NCBI GenBank assembly: GCA_040954595.2
Contig: CM082584.2
Span: 7,893,919-7,957,918 of the forward strand
Direction of reading: 5' to 3'
Source of the DNA: Balanoglossus misakiensis
Lineage: Eukaryota; Animalia; Hemichordata
Length of the DNA stretch: 64,000 bases
The translations under genes and the position numbers were made by a program. Within the stretch, counting starts at the first letter, position 1, and each line of letters begins with the position of its first letter. Under the pieces are notes generated by a model that was not told the origin of the DNA, searched no databases, and saw nothing but the letters and a program-made list of their open reading frames with translations. Positions 51,001 through 64,000 of this stretch are shown in pieces.

Positions 51001-54000
51001 TCGCAATGAATTATTTAAAGTTCACATCTGTGCCGTCAATGCGCTAATGGGTATGATACAGCCATGTAGACGCTTGCTCATATTAATAGCGGGATCATTG
51101 TGTACGTAAACGTGTGCTATGATCTGTGTGGTAGACTAATACTGGTACACAACATCTGGGCAGGATCCCCAGATTTTTGCGCTCGTCTAACTCCTCAGTA
51201 AGAGCTGGCCCTAGGATGCAATAAATCGTACTAGTTAACAAAGGTGCCCCGGTAAACAAATTCAATTTGTTAAACTGTGCCCACGTTTATGTTACCACTT
51301 GACAGAAGTGATCGTAAATTGTGTTAATATGGGTCATATTGAATAGTGGTGGTCTTTATTCGGTATTTCTAGGCCATCTGCACAACATACTTCGTAACAC
51401 CATAATCTACCTACTAACGTAAACTTTGATGGATGGATGGATGGAGCGGAGCATCAACCATAGTCAACCTACTAATATAAACTTTGATGGATGGATTAAA
51501 AAAATATGGGTCATAAAACTTGATTGAAATTTGTTAGTAGAATCATAAGGAATTGTGCCCCAACAAGGCGGTTCTATGATTTTTACATATTCGATTATTG
51601 GAAAGTGGTATCGGATATATGTAATAAACATTTTTTCAAATGCCCAAGTTAAAAACTAGTCCAGAAGTGGTAGGTGTCTTCGCAAACGTATATGAGGGCC
51701 AGCTGGATGATAATCTATTTGGATGATGATTAAATTGTGTTCATTTTAGAGGTTGTGAAGGAACCTACATAGCATGAAAAAGCGTTTGCCCATGCATGGC
51801 CAAATTATAATTTCACTCAAGTCGTCAATGGAATACATTTCGTTAATGGAATAAATTTCTATATGATTTAATCATTCTTTCTACACCTTGATCTTTCGAG
51901 CTCTGTCGTAAAAGCTGAGTAGGCACCTAAAATCGCACATTCTACTTTCCATGCAAGCTCCTTTTGCGAATGAAATATTACTTTGACATCAACAGTGCAA
52001 ACAGAAATCCATTTTAATGGCATAATACCAAAAATGACATATAAGACTTACAGACTAACAGAAATACCTGGTTTTGGGTAAAATTAAGCAAACCAAAGTC
52101 CGAGTCTCATATCCTGGATTATGAAAATTCAAAATATGTGAGGTTTCCACCCGTAACCTAAATGCAGCTCTATACGAACGTGGGTAAGATCTTATGGGTA
52201 ATGCAAACACCGATTTTGTACACAGTATACTCTATACAAAAACCACCAACGCCCAGGAGTTAAAGTTACAGCAAAATCTTGGAGTTTTGATCGCAGCTTA
52301 ACATCTTGTAATTTCCTCGTAAACTCTATAACACGCAACCTTCAACCTATAGCAACGATAAAACGATTCATGTACCTTCAGCCCTATTCCCAGATAAACT
52401 GGTGAAGATGGTAAAGGGGTCGGTACTGAACTAAGCAATTAGACGGGACATCATGCTAGCGACCGCGGCATCTTGTGCACAAATTAGGATGCAGTTTATC
52501 TTAATTCTAAAAACCCAGCATAACACAACGTGTTTTATTGTCTAAGGGAAAGAAAATGCATGGCGATAACCATCTCATCCAAAGTATACTGATTATAATG
52601 GACCCTACATTGCCATCCATCCTGAAAACCCCTTGAGGTAGAACAAGCCGAAGATCTGAGGATTGTCTGGGAGAGACGACTGCATCATCTGAAGGAGAAG
52701 TAGCAACAACCTTTAATTCAACGCTGATTACTAGGAGAGTCGGGAAGTAAATGTCTTGTCCTTCTCTGCGGGCAGGAAAATCAAAGAGCCCGGAGAAAAT
52801 CACACAATCAATCTACGTCGAGAGATTCCGGTCAAGTACATCCTGTTATTCACAGTAAACTAAAGACGTTTGCTGATGATCAGTCGATAAACCGTGTGTC
52901 TGATTACCTTGTTTTGTATGTCCTATATATAACCCCCATTTAGCCGTATTGCATGGCGCCAGTCTTGTAAGATACATATGTAGTGAAAGTTTTACGAAAA
53001 TCAGGAAGAAAAATAATTTAGTCATTTTTATGAAAACAAGACAGTGAACAACCAGCTGTCTTCTTGATTTTCAAAATGACTCTTCACACACTGTTATATT
53101 ATACATGTAGGTTATAGTTTCTGATCACGTTCGTGGAATGGAGTCAAAACGTTAACCGTAATTGCTTTAAAAGCAGCGACTTTCTGACTCTAAAACTGTC
53201 ACTCAAAGTCGCAATATTTACTAAACTAAATGTGACGTGAATACAGCGTTTTTATCCTATGACGTGTTGTCATGGGATTGAAGAACAATATTCTTAAATT
53301 TCTTGTCCGACGAAAATATTTAATATTTGACTTTCTAATTTCCTTGCAGGTATTTTGTGATTATCCATCCTCTTTTAGCCAAGTCCATGATGACACAAGC
53401 CAGAGCCCGCAAAATAATCCTAGTGGTGTGGGTAATTGCCGTGGTTTACAGCATTCCACCTTTGTACTACAAGGTAAATACTTGTAACTTGTAATCTTTA
53501 TTAGCACATGGCGCTTTGGACAAGAAAGTAAGCACAAACTATGGGATATCATTATTCAACCTTCTTCTTTTCAATAGAAACACGTTCCATGGGATCTACC
53601 AAATTACCCAACCTTCCACACTTGCACCAACCACTGGCCAAACGCAGCACTGGGAAGGGCCTACTCGCTGTATCTTCTGCTAGGCGTATATCTGATACCG
53701 CTGGTCATCATGATGTATTGCTACTCCAGGATCATCTTCGAGCTGTGGGTGAGCACAAAGATGTCTCGAAAGATGCAGTGCCGGTCAGCGGCAGAAGGCG
53801 CTCAAAGAGGGCGCGGTTACAGCAGCGCGCCCGGCCCTCGCGCGTGCAGCAACATCCGGAACGGAGACACGGCGGAACTGCCGGAGCACGCCACCGAATC
53901 GTACGAGCTGTTGGACAAAAACAGACGGCAGAAGAAAAAGAAAAGGAAGAACTCTGCTGCTGACGCTGAGAAAAATAGAAGACAGGTATGATACTTCTCG

Positions 54001-54537
54001 CTTTTCAAGTTTTACAATAAGAGCAACAGTTTCATCGACAAAGTGTATATTATGTATATGGCCTATAACTGCATTTGTTCACTTTGACAGGTAATAATCA
54101 TGCTGGTATTGGTAGTTGCTTTATTCATGTTCAGCTGGGGTCCGCTGATCTGGCTTGCCTTCCTGGTAGAGTTCAACTTGGTGTCGCGATACAGTCCAAC
54201 CAAAACCTATCTGGGCATCGCATTCAACTTGCTGTCCTACCTGAACAGCTGCATGAACCCGATCTGCTACGCCTTCATCTCGCGCACCTTCAGAGAGTGC
54301 TTCTACTGGGCGTGTCGCACCTGCTGCCGACAGATCAGCGCCGAGGAGCGCTACGCTTCCATGACGAACACCACCATGTACTCTAAGAGTGCCGTGACCT
54401 ACGTGAACAACAGGAAGCCGTCGGAATCGATCATTGCAGACGTGCCCGGATCGAGGCCGGTCGTGTCTAACAGGGAAACAACTAACTTTGGCGGCTCGTC
54501 ACCAGTTCCCGTTGACGTAGGCGGGGAGGACGTGTAA
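48067..54537 (+). CDS. Rhodopsin-class (class A) neuropeptide-type GPCR, 4 exons, about 476 aa
   Basis: Exons 48067-48518, 53350-53473, 53578-53985 and 54091-54537 join in frame: GN (TM1), TNFFLASLATADL (TM2), WELGGAMCK, SIE|RY, W and P in TM4, YLIPL..CY (TM5), FMFSWGP (TM6), NSCMNPICY (TM7), C-tail cysteines. Ligand family cannot be assigned with confidence (QRFP/CCK/orexin-receptor-like). Confidence 0.92.
51400..51497. repeat. Two-copy tandem duplication carrying (GGAT)n
   Basis: CCATA.TC.ACCTACTAA..TAAACTTTGATGGATGGAT occurs twice in GPCR intron 1. Confidence 0.8.
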
Positions 54538-57500
54538 CGATGGTTCCCAAGACATTTGCGAAAAAAATTACCGTTTCCATGCCAGCATGATTGTCGAGTT
54601 TGTTGTTTAAAGTAATCCAAAGAGACTGGGGGCATCCTATAACCCTCATTTCATTCAGTTCTCTTGCGATGATGTGCATTGTTTTTTTTTGTCCCCACTT
54701 CTGGACTTTCGAAATAGCATTGCAGTATTTGACGAAATTATCAATATACGCGTCCTAAAATCTGAAACGCTCGAGTTTCACTCTTCTTCAACACTTAATA
54801 AACACTTCGCATAGTATGCAGCTTCAACCTGTGGTGTTATCGAAAATTACGAACACTGTGCTTGATAACAAAAAATTCACCAAAGTAAAAAAAACACCTT
54901 TCCTTAAGTACATTGTACATGTATCTAGATAGTTGACCGTGATTAAAGGATATAATGCATTTTATTGTTCCCCGATTTCTGTGTGTAACATCATATTTTG
55001 TGAGCGATTGATACTGTGTGCAGTTTTTTCCGCGTGACACTATCGCCCCATGTGTAAAACGACAGGGTGATGGGCTTCAGCGGTGTTTAAGACAGCACTT
55101 TAGGACACTAATTGCCTTGACTGGTATAATATAGACTCGATACTGCAACAGACAGAGTCACTGCCAATAAATTCTCTTTGAATCTTTTATAGCATTGATG
55201 TGTACAGTATGACTATAATTGTCATTAAAATGTATTCACTGTTAGACCTCAGGCAGACATCTGTCACACACAGTAGTCAAGGCTGTAATTGAATTATCAA
55301 CGACTGGAATTAATTTACAAGAATTGACAAAAGCAAAGATTGACAGCAATAGTCAGCACACCATTAATGGAATGTCATCATTTAAAATAAAGGAAAAAGA
55401 ATTTACGCCTGAATAGACTTAATACTATACAATCATCGTCGAATCGATTCCAGGGACTTTAGACGCCATCCTCATTTCAAAGCGTTGATATAAAAGAATC
55501 GTCTGAAATAGCCAGTTCTCAAATAACCTGACGTATGGGTATCCGATATTACACGACACTTTGTATACCGGAGAAATATCGTGTAAGAAGATGAATTTCA
55601 TATGGATGAAGAGAAACATTCTGAACACCAATGTAATGGCCTTGCCTGATCATTTAGTTCGTTGACGTTCTGTTCATTCAGCCGAAAACAAGTATGGTAC
55701 TTGCAAACGTAATTGAATGTAATTTGGAATTAAGCTGCAGGGAATGACGATAATGCATTATTGATATAGCAGATGCATTTGGTATTTAAAAATTATTATT
55801 GTTTTATCTGTGTCTTTATTGTGTGATGGTTTTGTCGCCAGGGAGAACGATTAATCATACAACTGTATTTGTTTTACAGACGTACTAGGAGGACATGGGC
55901 AAAGGTGTAAAACATACACATTTGCCGTAAATAATAATGGACCTGTTTTGATGCCACATATCCCAGCCTAGTGAATCGTTTTGATGGCTTTTAGTTGTTG
56001 CATCTCGCACACAATAAACGCACACAATGTGGCGAGAGTTGACAATCTTGATGTGGATGGAATTAATATGCCATTTAATAAGCCTTGCTGTCAAACCCTT
56101 GGTAATGTGCGCCGTGATTTCAATGTCATTTTCCAGAATATCCTTGGTACAAGATTTGTCAGATTAATACTACTTAATTTTTTTCCGCATGGAATACTGT
56201 CATTGCTAAGTAACATTTGCTTCTGTTCACTGATAATGCGCCTTTTGTGCAACCAAGAATAAAAATTACTCTAATTCGCGAAGGAAAACAGGTTAATTGA
56301 AAGTCGATTTTTTCACGATGTAGAAGGAGCCATAATTTACTTCTTACCCGGATAGTAGTAGCGAAATAAATCCATTTGCAGTTGGGAGATCTATTTGACT
56401 CAGAATTGGTAGCCATCTTCAGTTTTAATATTATTGCCAGCATCGTTGGTTCATAACTATCAAATTGCCCAGTTTATACATACATATCTCTGAAAGCATT
56501 GTTGTAATAATTCGCAGTGAATTTCGGCGATAGCATTGCCGGTTTCATCAAACACGTTATATTTACATATATAAACATTGTAACTAATACAGCAAAGTCA
56601 CACAGCTCTGTATAATGATAATGCTCTGAAGATGAGAAGTTGCTCATGCCATTTCAGCACAAAAAGCGTATTTAGTGTCAATGGGCAATTTCGCTTAATC
56701 AGGTGGCAACGGCAGTCAGCTTCAACCGAGCATGTTCAATTATCGTGTCAAAACACCTCAATTAGAAACAGATAAGATTTAACACCCAGGAGATCGGAAA
56801 CCGGACTCGGGAACAGAATTGCGGCATTTGTAGGGAAAGTTAATCGATTTTTACATTTACTAAGCTTGCTCGTGCCTTGTTGGGCGTTAACGAGCGAAGA
56901 TGCTGTTGAACTCATCGCTTATGTGGTAACCCAGAAACCGCACGGAAACCTCTTTACAGCAGCATGAGACACGGCACTTACGAAGTCTTGAAGCAAACCA
57001 TCTATAAGTGTTTGCCTCGCTAAATTTGCGTAAACATCTTGTATTTTACCACATTTTGGAAAGACTCTATACCTTTTATAGGGAATCTGCATTGGGCTCC
57101 CCATGTCATAGTCTGTAAACAACGCACTCAATCCACAAAGCCGGAGAAATTCAGGTCGGTGTATGTCACATGCAGAATATACCAATTACAAGGCACACAA
57201 TGGCAAGTAATTACTCGTATCACCCACAAATACCCATTTTTATGAAGTAATCACCCACGGATCCCACGAGAAATGGGAGATCACTGCCCATGATGAGCTC
57301 CCCATAATAAGAACGTCAACCTTTTTACAAGAATCTGGCTCGAACAAGGAGGTGGACCAGCTATATGCCACACATTTATTTCATCGACCATAGCACCAAC
57401 CACTTCCAATGTTTACTGTCACGTCACGAACATTGAAAATGTCGCCGTACACTCATAGGTACACTGTAAACGTACATGTACATGTACCTGTCGTGAAAGC

Positions 57501-57936
57501 TCTACACTAATTAAGGCCAGCCAATTACTGATCGTGCATGAGAACCTTTAGAATTTTTGAGTCCACTAATAATTCCCCTGTGCAACCGTAGCAAAGGACC
57601 CAGCTTTTAATTGGGTTCTTGGAATCTCTTGTTATTAATATGTCACACACTGTACCTATAAATATTTGATGATGCGCCCGAAGGGAATCATTGTGATGTC
57701 TGAACAGATCTGACAATCATTATAATTCACCCTAAGCGAACAAGCAGGGCAGAGTAACATGTAGAAAAATAAACAAGTGCAGTTGGGTCATCTTGAACCA
57801 CAGGTAATTAGGGTATGTGCTTCCATGAGTGAAGCGATAACGGATGAAGATGGAAGTACATGTATTTAGTCACTGTATAGTTACATACATGTAATTGGTA
57901 TAGCTACTGTTTAAAGACAAGTGTCTCACTTAAGCC

Positions 57937-57974
<38 letters not shown>

Positions 57975-57975
57975 A

Positions 57976-58022
<47 letters not shown>

Positions 58023-58023
58023 A
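57937..58023. repeat. (ATG)n trinucleotide microsatellite, about 29 units with an ATA interruption
   Basis: Directly visible; it produces the poly-M, poly-S and poly-I ORFs in the track. Confidence 0.97.
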
Positions 58024-61000
58024 ATTTCGTTGCAACCGCTACAGGTAACTTCTTCATATTTTGAGACTCGACAGCTTGCGTTGATAAGCAACTGCAGTTC
58101 ACCCGGCATCTCATTGCTATCCCGAACCTGTTGATCCAATCGAACGGTCCATCAAACTTGAGTCAACAGTCAAATACCTAATGTCAGCAGACGTTAACGG
58201 TAAATGCCTCGGGAGTCACTCTGGCTATTGACAATTCCTGATTAATCCCTTGTAAATTTCCCGAACAATTACCCCATACCGTGTTAATGGGTATGCCACG
58301 TCTGGTGTGCAAATTAGATTTGACTGGACTGGGAAAGGAACGCTTGATGGAGAGGGCAACATTTCGTTGTCATTGGAGACACCCTTTGTGCTATTATTCT
58401 TTACTGTAACATGATTTAATTCAGCACTATCTGATATAAGACTGCATACGGAATAGTAATCGTGATCTGACAACACTGTTGCCCAGCTCAAACAATGAAG
58501 AGTACAAAAGAAGAAAAACATCGGCATGGCAACTGAATGAAACTAATCATATCTATTTTGAGAGGGTAGGGGTGACTGTTTGCCTCTTCAGTCAGCCCCT
58601 ACGAATCAACATTTAACAACTGGTTTACATACAAGAAAAGAAAATACCAAGAATAATCTGAAAGAAACCCAAAAATATTTGTATAACATCTTTTATATAT
58701 TCTCTAAGCTTATGCCCACAAGAGGTTATGCACACATGAGATTTATTCAACCGATTCCTTTTATTTTCCGCGTGCCTTTGGGCTACAAACAATTTGATAA
58801 ACGGAGATTATACAAAGACATATGCTGCGACTATCTTTTGAAAACTTGATGTATGGCACACATTTGTGTAGTGCTAAATAAAGCTTGGCGACAAAACACA
58901 GAGGCCAGAGTCAGTCTTGATTGCGTGGGATTGGTTTGATTGGGTTTGGTTATCAAGTCCTTGACGGTGAAAACTTAAGAAAAAGATATCATCTAAATAT
59001 CTCTCTCTCGTTCCGTATTCTTTAACAAAACTTTGTGTAAACATACACAATAAAACATAGCACCATTACTTCTTCATTTGACAATGCAGTTTCTGTAACA
59101 TCCAGTCTCCGCCCACATACCTTGTGTATCAAGCCTAATAGCCTACAATACCATTTCCATTGAAAAACCTAGAACATTTCCAGTAGCCGTATATTGTACA
59201 GGCAAACACGGTTACTAAATGTCATGTAATTTGATAGTTTCCTGCAAACTGCACACTTTGATGACATTAAATAGCAGAGAAATATGTACACAGGGCATAC
59301 CCTTGTGACTAATGTGCTATTTATTGAACGAGGTTATAGAACTTTGACTGAGAAGATGGGCAGAGTATTATAAGGCTAACTGTATTAATATCAGTAACGT
59401 CATGTCAGGTATAAAAGTTTTACTGAAGGGTGTGTATCCCTATTCAAAATATTTGATTGTGAGACCTACAGGGCAGTATACGTTTATTTCATTTAGGTTG
59501 CATTCGCAGTAAAAAATTGTAGCCGACCATAAAAAAGGCGTGCGAAAGCATTTATCGTTCAGAGGTAGTTTTAAGTGTATGTCAACGAACCAGGAATGTT
59601 AACACTCATAGAGCAGAAAGTTGAACTTCGTGTGCAGTGAACACGTGTTTAGAGAGAGCTCGTGTTTGCTTTAAATGTGTCTTATGTTATACACACCTCG
59701 GAAATAAAATAGTTCAAGAATACTGGAAATGCATACATTGGAGTCTTATTTTTCAGGAGTCGTTTGTGTGGAAAAAACAGTCTCCCGACAGAAATATAGA
59801 ACGAATTTGCGTACTGAATTATGTAACTGGGCCGTGGTAAAATGTCAACGACTTATTCTGAGGAAAGAGCGTTTCCTTGTAGCATGTTGTCATTTTTCAT
59901 CATGATGTGGTTTCCTTAGACTCAGAATAAACATCACAATAAATAGTTGCCACGGAAACATCTGAACGACAGGTGGCATCGTCTCCAAGGGAACGTTTGA
60001 CGGTAATTTAGAAAGTTCTGCCCAAAAATGTCGAAGTGGTTTGGGTACTGCTTGTTTTATTTGTAAACCGTGGCAACACGTTCTATAACGAATTATAGCT
60101 GGAACTGCCAAGGTTACAGTTAGCCACATTATACCATTCTTTGTGGATGTCACTCGATCCTATAGCACAGAAAATGAAATAAATGTAAAAAATGCGTTTT
60201 TAAATGAAATATTACAGTTGCTGTTAGCAACTTATGTTCCTTGTGGTCTTTTCGCATATTGGCACAGTCACGTGTTTACTTTGCTGAATTCAGATCAAAA
60301 CGAAATTCTGCCCTCAGTTGTTGACAATGCAGTTAGCTAAACAACGGGCGATGAATCTCGTGCAATTCCTGTCTATTTGTATTTTATATGGAATTTGTTT
60401 TTGGGTCCGGTGACGGTTTCATTGCTTCACGTAAATGTCAGTTCGGATATGCTTTATTGAATGTAATAAAACTATATATCTGCAACGTGTTTATTATGCA
60501 TAATGATATATATTACTCATTTGAACGGGCTAACTGCAAATGAAAAAAACAGAATTCCTATGGGTACAAGTTATAGCCTTTATTGAGGGCAAGGACTGCG
60601 TGACCTATGACAGCGAAAACATTCCAAAACACAACCTCCAAGGTTTTAATAACAAGTGTTCACACTTATTCCAGGGAAACTCATTATATTCTCTTTTCGC
60701 AATTTCAACCCCATTTCTATTTTTATAATACCATTCTTCTATTTCCTGAACCATGCTAGTAGTGTGTAGAACCCATGGGCAAGCAAGATTGAGAATTTTA
60801 TCCCGACAATTACATCTTCTCTCCGAGCGTAATTTGATATCTTGAGAAGATTGCGAACTATGGATCCATTATACAACAGTCAACACTTTGTTATGCACCA
60901 AAGTCACGTGTAAGGGGTCCTAACGTATGCGACATCCTTGGAGCGCTGACATGTACATTTAACATGGCTAATTCAAAATTAATTGCTTTTCGTGAATAGG

Positions 61001-63599
61001 GCAGATGAACATAAACAATTTCTCTTTTTCAATTGCCACCCAAACACATGTCTTCTGTACGTACATGTATAGACTGTAGGCCATGTAGAACCAACACGTA
61101 TACATGTGTTAGCAAGACCCAAATGCAAAATCGAATCAAACTGGAATATAGACACATTTAATAATACTGGGAGAGCATTGGAACCTTTCCGGCGTTGCAT
61201 ACCGATTTCCTATTACATGGTAATGATGTGTTAAACAACTGATGTCACTGACCACACGTACATGTAATGATACAAGGAAGAACTGAATGATTTGTTTAAA
61301 AGTGATACGACCGTACACGTACTATGTACAATGTAGCGCTGGATCACAGTGCTGGCCATGAACAACAAAACAGAAAAAACAGAGGTAACAGATGAGTCCC
61401 TGAATCTTCATCCAATCTAAGCCCCCGGAGACAGCATAAAGCCTAGACGGGGTGTGTTTTCCATCTCAGAGACGAAGATTCAAAGACAGTTATCGCGCTT
61501 CGTCAAGTTAGAGTCAGTCACCGTAGTGACACCGTCTCCATCTCGGAAGGCGGAATCGGACCTATCAAAGGATTTTCTCGCCAAATACGCGGATTTGACT
61601 TCCAGAGCTCCGGACTTCGTGAAAAGAAGTCGTTCACCCAAATTAAGGCTCTGATTAGTCGGACGCTATCATTTGTCAAGCAAGTGTGTTTCACGAGAGA
61701 TTTCTGAAATTCGACTGACAACGGTTACATTTATCTCGGTTTATTGCAAGGAAACCGCCCACACACTAGGCAAAAATTGTCGACCTGTAATAGCGGATCA
61801 ATACGGGTTTGGCAGGTTGGAAGATACGTCAAACAGTCATTGAAGGGATTCTTACACATTAAATCGAAGGACAGATCGTGGGATACACAATCTTCTGCAT
61901 GACTCGCCTCTTTCGTACACAAAGTAGGCATAGGTGCTATCTTCCATGATGACACCCACAAGAAACACCCCCAGTCTTGTAATGAAATGACCGTAACAAA
62001 ACCGCAACTTGTTTTAAACGACGGTGTTATGGGCATCGCGATTAATTGCACACAATCATGACAGCACAGTGTGTTGTCAGCTCTTTTTGTAGTAAAGGCT
62101 AATTAGAAAAAAATCATCCAGAGCGCTGAAACTAATTAATTTCTAATGTGGTAAGGTGGGAATGAAAACATCACGCCAGATTAAATGACCCGGTAGATGA
62201 TGAACACAAACATGTAGTCTTGTGTGTGGAATTGTCGATGCAGTTCAGTTCACAACACTTGCATGCCATTAACAAAGAAAGACAGAAGCGGACGGGCAGG
62301 TAGACAGGCAGGTAGACAGGCAGACATGCGCGATGCGTGAAAGGCGATGAACAAGCTAAGCAACCGTTCTGCACATGCAGAACATCGTTTATGCCATGTG
62401 TATTTACAATGTTGGCAGCGTTTTACGTCGTGAGGCATCTACCCTGCCTCATTCTTACAGATTTTCTGCGTGGCGCTCTTGCGTGTACTGAATGTAAGTG
62501 TGGTACGGGAGATATATCACGAATCATGCATGGATCTTTACGCGCTTGCGTAGTCCTAAAGGCCTAGTCTGCGGTCAAAGTGACAGCTAGACAGTAAGGG
62601 CAAAGCACATCGGAGCGATTAGTTTATCAGCCTTGAGGAGGCCTGGGATTAGAGCTTAATTACACAATGCTGCAAAAACTTGGTTGTCAGCCAGTAATTA
62701 CCTAGCCTTGCAAAGAGTGATCGATCATCCTTCTAAAAGTGGAGCACGGGCCAATAGTTCAATATTTAAATGGCAATATTTAGCTTCCGGATAGATTCCA
62801 GTGATAGTGATCAATTTCGCATATGATGAAGCCACAAGGTAGAGTGTGACTGGCAATAACTCACCGTGGAAGTTGCTTCACAGACTTGATGTAATTTGCA
62901 GGTTATTTATCATACTGACTGTACGGAGAACGACCCCACGAGCTTTGTATAGATGTATGCTTCGATGGTACACTACTTCAACATTTTGTGCTCAAGGCTA
63001 GGTGTATAGATTTTCACGGTTCTTCTTAGCAAAATGCACATGCCTTATTTTGATTTTGAAGAAGGACATAGTAAAGGTTTATGTACTGCAAGGCGGGTGT
63101 AATTTGTTTAGAAAGCAAATGATGATATTAGTAGAGCAATGTCAGTAGGTGTTTCGTGATAGAAAGATATTATGCGGCCGTGCAGTGTTTTGAAAGTGAG
63201 ACCTCCACGGTACTGAAATGCAACAGACGACGAAACAAAGGTAAATGTGGTTAGATAATTGTCAGGGAATCAGAATGAAATTAATCTGGCGCGTTTTATC
63301 AAACTGGCTAATTATTTCTGGCTTAATGGCATTGTTAATTAATGATTAGTGATATTCCTGGCCTGTAATTGGCTTGAATTGTTGTATGCAGGTCAGCTTC
63401 TTGTCGTTCTTACCCCCCCCCCCCCCCTTTTAACTGTTGGGGTCGTTCCTGTTGTATTAATTACACCGCTCTGGGAAGAACTTTCTGACATCATCACCCC
63501 AAGGAATGCCGAAATCATTTTGAAATCGTATCGTGTGGCAGACCTCGCACAGTACACGGCAATGTCCTGCTGCTTAAAGATATTTTTTTCTGTCTTTTG

Positions 63600-63750
63600 G
63601 AATAATTCTAACCGTTGCGCCGACAAGCCTCCTGCGGGGTCCCACGGCGTGTCACGTGACTAGACCTGGTCACGTGGCCCGGAATTGTCATTTAAAGTTG
63701 ACTGTTCTGTTGGAATAGCTTACATATTACGCTGGCTGCTGACACGGTGA
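63600..63750 (+). promoter_or_regulatory. Probable promoter and non-coding first exon of the next gene, with tandem E-boxes
   Basis: CpG-rich patch; GTCACGTGAC at 63651-63660 and GTCACGTGGC at 63669-63678; CCGGAA at ~63679; possible donor ACG|GTGAGC at ~63745. Confidence 0.5.
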
Positions 63751-64000
63751 GCCCATCTCAGAGGCAAAGACTCCTGACGTCCAAAATACCAAAAAGCCAC
63801 TTTTCGCATGTTGCCAGTGGCGCTCCGCCGACAGCGAGAAGCCTGTGACATTACTTATGTAATGTCTTAGATGATCATTACAGCAGTTCTGTTTTCGTTT
63901 ATTTTTTTTACAAACTTACTTTATTTTCCAACGAGGCATTACTGAGTTTTGTGCGTGAAGCCAACTTCTAAAGCGGGGAAATGACCTACGCATTGCCGCC

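Noticed and set aside
57926-58139. Poly-Met, poly-Ser and poly-Ile ORFs
   Set aside because: Artefacts of the (ATG)n microsatellite.
61454-61721. Protein-looking short ORFs in a CpG-richer patch
   Set aside because: No ATG start, recognisable motif or supporting splice sites.
1-64000. Prokaryotic systems (CRISPR arrays, operons), rRNA/tRNA genes, intact transposons, selenoprotein UGA/SECIS
   Set aside because: None seen by eye; the DNA is spliceosomal-intron eukaryotic and the assembled CDSs are open without needing recoding.

Overview
Intron-rich metazoan genomic DNA, about 38-40% GC by eye, most likely a non-insect marine invertebrate bilaterian (taxon not determinable here). Manual splicing supports eight protein-coding genes: a type-I membrane VWD/EGF (VWDE-like) protein (+), then a compact housekeeping block of three consecutive head-to-head pairs, PIGW(-)/REX1BD(+), BTF3-like(-)/NASP(+) and TOE1(-)/MUTYH(+), then a rhodopsin-class peptide GPCR (+). 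A probable promoter/first exon of a further gene lies at the right edge. Best-supported non-obvious points: a U12-type intron in NASP, the human-like TOE1-MUTYH divergent pair next to NASP, and an 8 kb last MUTYH intron that isolates the PCNA PIP-box exon. More tentative: related long hairpins in the first introns of REX1BD and TOE1, H/ACA-like structured RNA candidates in NASP introns, identical E2F sites at NASP and TOE1/MUTYH, and tandem CLEAR-type E-boxes. I found no clearly novel multi-gene system. Most ORF-track entries are spurious intronic or antisense ORFs. Exon boundaries were inferred by hand without transcript data.
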